From positions 18,831,775 to 18,864,518 of the forward strand of contig NC_057718.1 of NCBI RefSeq assembly GCF_004010195.1: DNA of 32,744 nt, read 5' to 3'. This DNA is from Chiloscyllium plagiosum (lineage: Eukaryota). The notes under the pieces were generated by a model, which ran no database searches, was not told the origin of the DNA, and worked only from the letters and a program-made list of their open reading frames with translations. The position numbers and the translations under genes were made by a program. This document shows positions 22,384 through 32,439 of the stretch, piece after piece; the first letter of the stretch is position 1; every line of letters begins with the position of its first letter.

Positions 22384-22575
22384 CAAACATAAAACATTGC
22401 GGATGCTGGAGATCTGAAATAAAAACAGAAAAAGCTACAGACATTAGAAACTGGATAAGTGTCAGCTTCTGTGGAGACAGAAACAGAGTTAATGTTTTGA
22501 GTCCAAAGAGACTTTCTCTTTCCACAGATGCTGCCAGGTCTGTTAGATTTCTTAAGTATTTTATGTTTCTATTGC
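22384..22575. mobile_element. Old fold-back PLE terminal fragment
   Basis: TGCGGATGCTGGAGATCTGAAATAAAAACAGAAA arm followed by an inverted arm TCCACAGATGCTGCC...TATGTTTCTATT; related to 25578-25715. Confidence 0.65.
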
Positions 22576-23299
22576 TCATCCTCCTTTTTCTGGCCTTGAA
22601 GGTACATTTACAGTTGACAAAATTACGTATTGAGGCTAAAATTGTTGACACTGCACTTGCTATTAAAGAAAAGCTGAATAGGCTGACCAAATGACTTACA
22701 GTGCAGAGAGAAATAAGTTCTGCAACTGGTTTATGTTTTTAGGTGCTGATTTCTGATTAGTTAGGCTGTGCCAGAATACATTGCTATTACAGAAGAAGAA
22801 AACATAAGGAAATGCATAATCGGGCATAAAATGAAATATAAAATATTTTTTTCTGACAAATAAACACAAATTCAAGAGCAATCAAGCTTCACTTGGCATT
22901 TTCCATGTTTGCAAGTGAACTGAGGTACCTTTAATGTGAGATGTTCAGCACTACGCAAATATTTTTCATTCTGTCTGTACATTAGCTGTGCCTGTGGAGA
23001 GCCAAAATGTAAGAGAAAAGCTTGACGAAGGGATTTCGAATGCTCAGGCTCACATCCTGATCTATAAGTCGATGAAGGAGTAAGGTTTGCTGGACACATT
23101 CACACAGAGGTACTAAAAAGGCTCTTTAGGAAGGAAGAAAAGATACCACAAATGATATCAGACAGAGAAAGGGCTATAACATTGTGTTGAAGTCACCATT
23201 GATTGGAAACTGAAGTGAACCAGGCAGTTATTAACCTGGTTCCAATCATATCTTTCTTTTCATCGCCAAAAAACAATCACCTGTATTGTCTTCTCTTTT

Positions 23300-23912
23300 T
23301 GCTTTGACAGCATGATCTCTGGTGTCTCCCTAAAGATGTAATTTTGGCTCTGCCTATTTCTCATTAATATGTTATGATCAGTGAACGCAGTCATGGATAC
23401 ATCAGCAGAAATGTTCTCCATTTAAAATTGATAGACTAAAGTAACTGTCTTTAGTCCTAACTGTTCCCTAACCAGCAACTCCATCCCATTCCCAGACAAC
23501 TATCTGAAGCTGAAAGAGATTTTCTTCAAATACATTGTCATATTTGACAACAAAACTGAATTCCAACTATAAATCTATGCCACCTCTATGGCTACCTACT
23601 TCCATCTCCACATCATTAGCCACAATTCCATTCCAGCCACAGCTCATTTTGTTGTTGAAAGTCTTGCACCTTTTAATTACATCTAAACTTGACTATTTCA
23701 GTGCATTCTTGGCCAGCCTCTCATGTTCCATCCTAAAACCCTCCATCTCTCAACCTCACTTTCCTTCCTTAAGATAACCTTTAAAACCTACCTCTTCGAG
23801 TAAACATTTGGTTATCTGCTTTAATATCTCCTTATATGGCTCAGTGTCATGTTTTATAATGCTGTTAAGAAGCACCTTTGAACATCTTATTGCATTACAA
23901 AGTGTTATTGTT
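23300..23912 (+). mobile_element. L2 LINE fragment with internal deletions
   Basis: ITSKLDYFSAFLASL (L2 SRLDYCN.LL.GL), CTTTAAAACCTACCTCTT and an L2-type tail. Confidence 0.75.
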
Positions 23913-24248
23913 ATGGTCACATCGTATACCTGCAAAACCTATTGGGGAGGAAATATTACTTTTAAAAAGCAATTTGAAATATGGACACTGTGCCTTTAGA
24001 AAATGGACTCCAGAGTTTCCGGTGACATTTTCTAGTTTCTGTACAAGCTGGGACAGAAACGTCTGAACCTATCCCTGGGAAGTTACTGAAAGTGCAAATG
24101 GTGTGTTTTTTTTTTACTCTCTCTCCACAGAAAGAGCGGGAGCAGCAGAGGAAGTGACGGCAAGCAGAGGGGCAGCCGGGAAGGAAAAGTGAGTATAAAT
24201 ACTCACCCCTTGACACGAACGGTCATTTGAGTGGGAGCAGCGTCGAAG

Positions 24249-24937
24249 NNNNNNNNNNNNNNNNNNNNNNNNNNNNNNNNNNNNNNNNNNNNNNNNNNNN
24301 NNNNNNNNNNNNNNNNNNNNNNNNNNNNNNNNNNNNNNNNNNNNNNNNNNNNNNNNNNNNNNNNNNNNNNNNNNNNNNNNNNNNNNNNNNNNNNNNNNNN
24401 NNNNNNNNNNNNNNNNNNNNNNNNNNNNNNNNNNNNNNNNNNNNNNNNNNNNNNNNNNNNNNNNNNNNNNNNNNNNNNNNNNNNNNNNNNNNNNNNNNNN
24501 NNNNNNNNNNNNNNNNNNNNNNNNNNNNNNNNNNNNNNNNNNNNNNNNNNNNNNNNNNNNNNNNNNNNNNNNNNNNNNNNNNNNNNNNNNNNNNNNNNNN
24601 NNNNNNNNNNNNNNNNNNNNNNNNNNNNNNNNNNNNNNNNNNNNNNNNNNNNNNNNNNNNNNNNNNNNNNNNNNNNNNNNNNNNNNNNNNNNNNNNNNNN
24701 NNNNNNNNNNNNNNNNNNNNNNNNNNNNNNNNNNNNNNNNNNNNNNNNNNNNNNNNNNNNNNNNNNNNNNNNNNNNNNNNNNNNNNNNNNNNNNNNNNNN
24801 NNNNNNNNNNNNNNNNNNNNNNNNNNNNNNNNNNNNNNNNNNNNNNNNNNNNNNNNNNNNNNNNNNNNNNNNNNNNNNNNNNNNNNNNNNNNNNNNNNNN
24901 NNNNNNNNNNNNNNNNNNNNNNNNNNNNNNNNNNNNN
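24249..24937. other. Assembly gap (689 N)
   Basis: Run of N; the two poly-X ORFs are artefacts. Confidence 1.
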
Positions 24938-24944
24938 CTGTGTT

Positions 24945-25018
24945 GGTCGTTTAGCTCAGCTGGTTAGAGCGTGGTGCTAATAACGCCAAGGTCGTGGGTT
25001 CAATCCCCGCACTGACCA
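24945..25018 (+). tRNA. tRNA-Ile-AAT: tRNA-Ile, anticodon AAT (74 nt, intronless)
   Basis: Full cloverleaf: acceptor GGTCGTT/ACTGACC (one T6:C67 mismatch), D arm GCTC/GAGC, anticodon arm TGGTG-CTAATAA-CGCCA (AAT at 24979-24981), T arm GTGGG-TTCAATC-CCCGC, discriminator A. Confidence 0.93.
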
Positions 25019-25067
25019 CGAGAGGCGCTTCCGTCGTTAGCAGGGCTGTGTCAGTGTTCGCCGTGGC

Positions 25068-25071
25068 TTTT
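25068..25071 (+). terminator. Candidate Pol III terminator (T4) for tRNA-Ile
   Basis: First TTTT run, about 50 nt downstream of the tRNA 3' end. Confidence 0.5.
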
Positions 25072-25577
25072 ACTTTCACCGTCTGCAAGAACTTGTCACA
25101 TGGTCGGTTGAGATGTGTGCTCATTCGAAAGGCGACCATCGCTGTCATGGAACATCAACCCGCTGGTCCCATGCCGGATCTCAGCTGCGTTGCTATTTTT
25201 CCAAACAACGTGCTCCACCAAACCACGAAACAGGAAGCCTCACCTGCGCAATAAAACATTTGACAGGGCTAGACGCACGACTTGATCGCCGTACCCATGA
25301 TGACTGCTGGATGTTGTCTGCAGCAAATCAATCAGTCTCAATTGTTTTCACAAACAAATGCAAATTATGAAATATATGCAGCATTAAGCAGACCTGACAC
25401 AGTCTCGGAGCAGAACCCGAGTTCAGGCTTCAATTCAAATCAAAGATTCGTTCATGTTATTTTCCTTGATCTCTGTTAATACTTGTCACGCGACTTCCAA
25501 AAGGAATTCATTCGCTTGCTCACCTCTCATGCATAGAATCTGGAGTTATCATGACACCAGCAATATCATAGAGCCAT

Positions 25578-26060
25578 TAATAAAATGAAATTACTGCGGG
25601 TGCTGGAATCGGAAACCAAAAGAGAGAATGCTGGAAAGTCTCAGCAGTTCTGGCACCATCTGCAAGGAGAGAAAAGTGCTGACGTTTCGTGTCGTACTGA
25701 TCCTTTGTTAAAGCTAAAAAAGGGGGAGAATTAGGGAGCTGTTTACACCAGGCTGAGAGATGGTGAGTCAGGGCTCCAGATGGAAAGGTGATAATGAGAG
25801 TGCATGGAGAGATCTAAGGGAGATTAGGAGCCGTGAATGACGCAGGCTGTAGCCAGTGCTATGTGACAAAATATGTGGGGGATGGGTGAAGCAGAGACAA
25901 AATGGAAAACAGGGGAGAAGGGTAGCAAAGGGGGAAGAGAAGAGGACAAAGGTAATGAGAGAGTGGGGAGCGGGAGAAAGAGAGACAATCAAGAAATAAG
26001 AGTTACAGAACAATGAAAAAAACACAAATAAAAAAGATAAATAAAATAATTGAAATAAAA
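25578..26060 (-). mobile_element. Penelope-like element 3' region / pseudo-LTR with degenerate hammerhead
   Basis: ACTGCGGGTGCTGGAATC...CTCAGCAGTTCTGGCACCATCTG terminus; minus strand GCT-TTAACAA...GAAACGTC-AGC at about 25715-25678; purine-rich tract beyond. Confidence 0.75.
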
Positions 26061-26157
26061 TTACCTGAAGTTGTTTGAATTCAACAACTTGAGACAATTT
26101 TACTTCATTGATTTTATTTATCTTTTTTATCATTTCACCTGCACTATCATCGAGCCT

Positions 26158-26578
26158 ATTAGATATGGACAGCACTGAAAACACAGTCTTCGGTCGAACT
26201 CGTCCATTCCGAACAGATATCTTCAATTGATCCAGTCGCGATTGCATGCATTTGACCCATGTCTCTCTAAACCCTGCCTATTCAAATACACGTCCAGATT
26301 CCTTAAAAGTATTGGAATTTTACCATCCATGACCAGCTCGTCTGGCAACTTGTTCCAGAAACGCACCACCCTCTGCGCGCAGTCATTGCCCATCACTGCC
26401 TTTCCAATTCTCGTACTCCCACACCTGATTTATACCCTCTAGTTCTGCACTGCCACACCTGAGCGAAAGAAACTTGTCTATTTACCCGATTCATGCCCCT
26501 CATGATTGAAAAGCCTCCATAAGCTCCGCTCCCAGCCTCTGACACGCCAGGCAATACAGTGAGTGTGTGTTCAGCCTG
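26158..26578 (-). mobile_element. CR1 LINE 3' fragment
   Basis: Minus ORF text IMRGMNRVNRQ...RTRGYK; 3' UTR antisense similar to 28975-29100. Confidence 0.85.
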
Positions 26579-26579
26579 T

Positions 26580-27968
26580 AAACGGGCCAATCAGCTTAAC
26601 CTCGGTTGTTGGTAAAATTCTAGAATCCATCATTAAGGATGAGGTTTCTAAATTCTTGGAAGAGCAGAGTCTGATTAGAACAAGTCAACATGGATTTAGT
26701 AAAGGGAGGTCATGCCTGACAGACCTGTTGGAATTTTTTGAAGAGGTAACAAGTAGGTTAGACCAGGGAAACCCAGTGTATGTGGTCTATCTAGACTTTC
26801 AAAAGGCCTTTGATAAGGTGCCACACGGGAGGCTGCTGAGCAAGGTGATGGCCCATGGTGTTCGAGGTGAGCTGCTGGGATGGATTGTGGATTGGCTGTC
26901 TAACAGAAGGCAGAGAGTTGGGATAAAAGGTTTTTTTTCAGAATGGCAGCCGGTGACGAGCGGTGTCTCGCAGGGTTCGGTGCTGGGGCCACAGCTGTTC
27001 GCATTATATATTAATGATTTGGATGAGGGAACCGGGGGCATTCTAGCGAATTTTGCCGATGATACGAAGTTAGGTGGACAGGCAGGTAGTACTGAGGAAG
27101 TGGGGCGGCTGCAGAAGGATCTTGACAGGTTGGGAGAGTGGTCCAGGAAATGGCTGATGGAATTTAACGTGAGCAAGTGCGAGGTGTTGCACTTTGGCAA
27201 AAAGAATAAAAGCATAGACTACTTTCTAAATGGTGAGAAAATTAATCAAGCCAAAGCACAAAGGGATCTGGGAGTGCTAGTCGAGGATTCTCTAAAGGTA
27301 AACATGCAGGTTGAGTCCGTGATTAAGAAAGCGAATGCAATGTTGTCTCTTATCTCAAGAGGGTTGGAATATAAAAGCAGATATTTTATAAAGCTCTGGT
27401 TAGGCCCCATTTGGAGTACTGTGTCCAGTTTTGGTCCCCACACCTCAGGAAGGACATACTGGCACTGGAACGTGTCCAGTGGAGATTCACATGGATGATC
27501 CCTGGAATGACAGGTCTAACGTATGAGGAACTGCTGAGGATACTGGGATTGTACTCGTTGGAGTTTAGAAGATTAAGGGGAGACTTAATAGAGACGTACA
27601 AAATAATACATGGCTTGGAAAAGGTGGATGCTAGGAAATTGTTTCAGTTAGACAAGGAGACTAGGACCCATGGACACAGCCTTAGAATTAGAGGGGGTCA
27701 TTTCAGAACAGAAATGCGGAGACATTTCTTCAGCCAGAGAGTGGTGGGCCTGTGGAATTCATTGCCACGCAGTGCAGTGGAAGCCGGGACGCTAAATGTC
27801 TTCAAGGCCGAGATTGATAGATTCTTGTTGTCTAGAGGAATTAAGGGCTACGGGGAGAACGCTGGTAAGTGGAGCTGAAATGCGCATCAGCCATGATTGA
27901 ATGGCGGAGTGGACTTGATGGGCCGAATGGCCTTACTTCCACTCCTATGTCTTATGGTCTTATGGTCT
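26580..27968 (+). mobile_element. Young 5'-truncated CR1 LINE (RT domain to 3' end), one frameshift
   Basis: PISLTSVVGKILE, QHGFSKGRSCLT, YLDFQKAFDKVPH, GVSQGSVLGP, FADD (27052-27063). A small deletion near 27381 shifts frame; (TCTTATGG)n tail. Confidence 0.97.
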
Positions 27969-28705
27969 CTTCGGGTGCTAAGTGACTACCTCTCACCATT
28001 TTGTTGGAACACAACTAAATTATTAATTGTTGTTAGATTTAATGGCTGCATGAAAATGGGATTTCAAATAAAAATATTCAGGTGATGGTCATAGCTATAA
28101 TACAGTGCATTGGCATCAGCTCCAACCCATTATCTGGACATTGGAATATATCAATACTGTCATCACATGACTGATACAATATGGAGAGAGAGAGCCGGTG
28201 GCCTGTTAATCCCAAAGGGCAAACCAGTAAATCAGCCTGAGATTTGAGAATAAGAGGGAAGTCATCTCTCATCCAATAAAAGAAAGGAACCTATCTCAAA
28301 AGTCATCTGAGGCAGAGAAGAGGGGCAAAATCATTTTATTTGCAAGATTTCATTTTTTTCACTACTGATGCTTAACTGATCAAAACGTTAGCAACATCTA
28401 ATTTCTTTGTTTTCAGTGAATCAAGAGTGAATTCTAATGCTTCAACCATCATCTCAAGGAACACATAAGGAAGTGATCTGTTGTACTTTTCTAGTAATTT
28501 AAGTGTATGTTATCTCTTTAGAAATCATCTTTTCTTGTGTATAAGCACGTGTGTTTTGGAGTGGATTTTTGCCTCATATTTCAAGTATTGTGAAAATTAA
28601 ATGATTTTCCATTCTTTTGAATTAAAGTTATTTTAAAAAAGCCTGATCATATCTGTTCTTTAAAGTCACAGCACTCAAGGAGTTAAAACACTTCTCTCTA
28701 AAGTA

Positions 28706-28917
28706 GTCATGGTTTGGAGATGCCGGTGTTGGACTGGGGTGTACAAAGTTAAAAATCACACAACACCAGGTTATAGTCCAACAGGTTTAATTGGAAGCAC
28801 ACTAGCTTTCGGAGCGACGCTCCTTCATCAGGTGATTGTGAAGGCGCATCGCTGCGAAAGGTAGTGTGCTTCCAATTAAACCTGTTGGATTATAACCTGG
28901 TGTTGTGTGATTTTTAA
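28706..28917. mobile_element. Fold-back Penelope-like mini-insertion with 12-bp flanking direct repeat
   Basis: Inverted arms at about 28747-28827 and 28839-28919; CTCTCTAAAGTA at 28694-28705 and 28918-28929; same family as 592-685. Confidence 0.85.
28800..28834 (-). ncRNA. Minimal type I hammerhead ribozyme motif
   Basis: Identical in reverse complement to 598-632 (CTGATGA at 28831-28825, GAAA at 28810-28807). Confidence 0.7.
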
Positions 28918-28961
28918 CTCTCTAAAGTACATCTTCTTGTGGTCTGCCAAGGCATGAGGAA

Positions 28962-30638
28962 GGAGTCACAGAGTCATAGAGACATACAGCACGGAAACAG
29001 ACCCTTCAGTCCAACTCGTCCATGCCGACCAGATATCCCAACCCAATCTAGTCCCACTTGCCAGCACTCGGCCCATATCCCTCCGAACGCTTCCTATTCA
29101 TATACCCATCCAGATGCCTTTTAAATACTGCAATTGTACTAGCCTCTACCACTTCCTCTGGCAGCTCATTCCATACACACACCACTTTCTGCGTGAAATA
29201 GTTGCTCCTCGCACCCTAAACTTATACCCTCTCGTTCTGGACTCCCCCATCACAGGGAAAAGACTTTGTTTATTTATTTTATCCATGCCCTTCATGATTT
29301 TATAAACTTCTATAAGGTCACCTGAGATCCTCTGATGCTCCACTGAAAACAGCCCCCGCCTATTTAACCTCTCCCGATAGCTCAAATCTTCCAATCCTGG
29401 CAACATCTTTGTTAATCTTTTCTGAACTCTTTCAAGTTTCATAACATCTTTCCAATAGGAAAGAGACCAGAATTGCACACAACATTCCAACAGTGGCCTA
29501 ACCAATGTCCTGTACAGTTGCAACATGACCTCCCAACTCCTGTACGCAATACTCTGACCCATAAAGGAAAGCATACCAAACACCTTCTTCACAATCCTAT
29601 CTACCTGCGACTCTACTTTTAAGGAGTTATGAACCTGCACTCCAAGGTTTCTTTGTTCAGCAACACTCCCTAGAACGTTATCATTAAGTGTAGAAGTCCT
29701 GCTCTGATTTGCTTTCCCAAAATGCAGCACCTTGCAATTACCTAAATTAAACTCCATCTGCCACTCCTCAGTCCATTGGTCCATTTGATAAAGATTCTGT
29801 TGTACTCTGAGTTAACCTTCTTCGCTGTCCACTACACGTCCAATTTTGGTGTCATCTGCAAATTACTAACTATACCTCCTCCATTCACATCCAAATCATT
29901 TATATAAATGACAAGAAGCAGTGGACCCAGCACATTTCCTTGTAGCATTCCACTGGTCACAGGCCTCCTGTCTGAAAAATAACCCTCCACCAGCACCCTC
30001 TGTCTTCTACCATCGAGCCAGTTCTGTATGCAAATGGATAGTTCTCCCTGTATTCCATGAGATCTAACCTTGCTAACCAGTCTCCCATAGGGAACCTTAT
30101 TGAACGCCTTCCTGGAGTCCATATAAATCATGTCTACCACTCTGCCCTCATCAATCCTTACTTCTTCAAAAAACTGAATCAAGTTTGTGAGACAAGATTT
30201 CCCAGCACAAAGCCATGTTGACTATCCCTAGTCAGTCCTTGCCTTTCCAAATACATGTACATCCTGTCTCTCAGAATTCCCTCCAACAACTTGCCCATCA
30301 CTGATGTCAGGCTCACCAGTCTATGGTTCCCTGGCTTGTCCTTAACACCTTTTTGAAATAGTGGCACCACGTTAGCCAACCTCCAGTCTTCCAGCACCTC
30401 ACCTGTGACTATCAATGACACACATATCTCAGCAAGTGGCCCAGCAAACACTTCCCTAGTTTCCCACTGAGTTCTAGAGTACAGCTGATCAGGTCCTGAG
30501 GATTTATCCACTTTTGTTTGTTTCAAGACATCCAGCACTTCCTCCTCTGAATTATGGACATTTTTCAAGATGTCACCACCTATTTCCCTGCATTCTATAT
30601 CTTCCATGTCCTTCTCCATAGTGAACACTGATGCAAAA
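28962..30638 (-). mobile_element. CR1 LINE, 5'-truncated, decayed ORF2 RT
   Basis: Minus ORFs 30658-30179, 30182-29832 and 29784-29146 carry CR1 RT motifs; tail of the same type as 1400-1972. Confidence 0.96.
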
Positions 30639-30744
30639 GGGATAAAATTATCCCACATTTCTTCTAATATAGTGTGATATAAATATAAATTGTTGTTGTT
30701 TTAGCTACATAGATATTGTGGTTACAAGAGCAGATCAGAAACTA

Positions 30745-31335
30745 TGTATTCTGAATCTAGTGACTCACTTCCTATTTTCCCAAAGCCTTTCCACTATCAA
30801 ACAAGTGTCAGTCAGGAATGTAATGGACTACTATCCACTTGCCATATGAATGCGGCCCCAACAATACTTAAGAAGATCAACCCCATCCAGAGTAAAACAG
30901 CCTGTTTGATCTGCACCCCATTCACAACCTTCCATTTTCACCCTCCATTATTGTAGCACCATGGTTGTAGTGTGAAATATCTATAAGATGCAATGCAACA
31001 ACTTGCTGAAGCTCCTATGACAGTATCTCACCTGTTCACAGCTTCTAGAACCTACAATAGCAAGAAAAATAGCCAACTGGAAACACCACTACCTCCAAGC
31101 TGCCCCCTCCCACCCCCCAAACCAAACACTGTCCTGACTTGAAAATATAGCACCATTCCTTCATTATTGCTGGATTAAACTCCTGGAACTTGCCCCCCAA
31201 CAGCATTCAAATGTATTCTCATGACACTGGACTTCAGTGATTCGAGAAGGTAGCTTTCCATACCTTCTTAATGGCATACACGGATGAACAATAAATACCA
31301 ACCTTGCCCACAATGGTAATGTCCCTTGAATGCTG
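30745..31335 (+). mobile_element. LINE 3' fragment (CR1/L2/Crack group), old
   Basis: QSLSTI, VRNVMDY and MNAAPTILKKINPIQSKTACLI remnants; tail CAATAAATACC...GTCCCTTGAATG. Confidence 0.75.
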
Positions 31336-32439
31336 AAAAGAAACGGTGCCACAACTTTCAATAAGACAAAATGAAACCTCAGTCTGATGGAGAGTGGGCC
31401 AGGGTCAGTCTTGCAGCTCTCGTGCAACCTGTCCAGGAATCTATGGTAAGTCCATGAGGGAGTTGAAAGAGATTCGTCAGGGGCCCCAGATACTCCTCAG
31501 TTGGAGTTATCCATCCAAGTCGGTCAGGAGGATTGGACCATGGTCAGTCTTGCGGGTTTACATCAAGGAAATTGGGTGTGGAGGTGGATACAGCGGTAGA
31601 GAAATTGGGGAAGTCAATTCTGGAATTTGGAGGCAACATTTTGGAATGTGGGGAAGATAATAACTGTGAAAGGGGTGGGGGATATTGCATAGGAGGACCT
31701 GGGTTCCTGCAGGAAGGTAAATATCCTGACTTCAACACGGGCAGCTCAGCATGATGGTAGGCATGTCTATGACTGTGACTAAGCAGTAGATCCAGATCTC
31801 AAGGGTAATGTTAGGAGATGAATTTGTAAGCAAAAGAGGTGTGTGGGAACATGTGAAAGTTCAGCACTGATAGTCTTGAAAGGAAATACAAGGAAGAAAG
31901 GAACATGGAGATTCGGGGTAAGAGGGGTGGTGTGACCATTGCCAGGATGAGCTTGTCATTTACGGTGGCAAGCATGACCTGCATTGATTTCATGCACTTC
32001 CAAGTCTAAAATGCTCAATAGAAATGGAAAGTGACTGTGACCATACCAAGAGTGTGGATCATGTCCCGTTTCTGTATGAGCACACAGACTCTACTTATGA
32101 ATGATTTGAGACTATTCAGTGGCAATTGCACTAATTAGAAACTTAGTGTAACTAGAGGTCATCTGTCATAGTAACCTGCGTGTGAAATACATACGGTGTC
32201 CAAATGCAAGGGACACAAATCCTAGTCACATGATTATATCAATGATCTTTATTGATTGACCATTGCCATTTCTATGAAGCAGATGTTATCACAGGAGATC
32301 TTAGATGTCTCACCTTCGCGCTACAACTCACAAAGACAATTTAAAATCTCAGCCTATACAGAGGCATGGAACCGACTTCTCCTCACCATGAACAATAAGT
32401 GTTCACAAGCTTGCTCTTTTATGTAGTGTTACCTTTTTT

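Noticed and set aside
24227..24980. Two ~250-aa ORFs
   Set aside because: Almost entirely X residues from the N gap.
25768..26247. 159-aa hydrophobic, membrane-like ORF
   Set aside because: Reads the pyrimidine-rich strand of a PLE 3' region plus CR1 UTR; low-complexity artefact.
26563..27878. 311-aa and 155-aa ORFs as a host or domesticated RT gene
   Set aside because: 5'-truncated, frameshifted CR1 ORF2 with a retrotransposon tail.
31400..32080. GC-richer stretch possibly derived from a LINE or DNA transposon
   Set aside because: No motif could be assigned confidently by eye.
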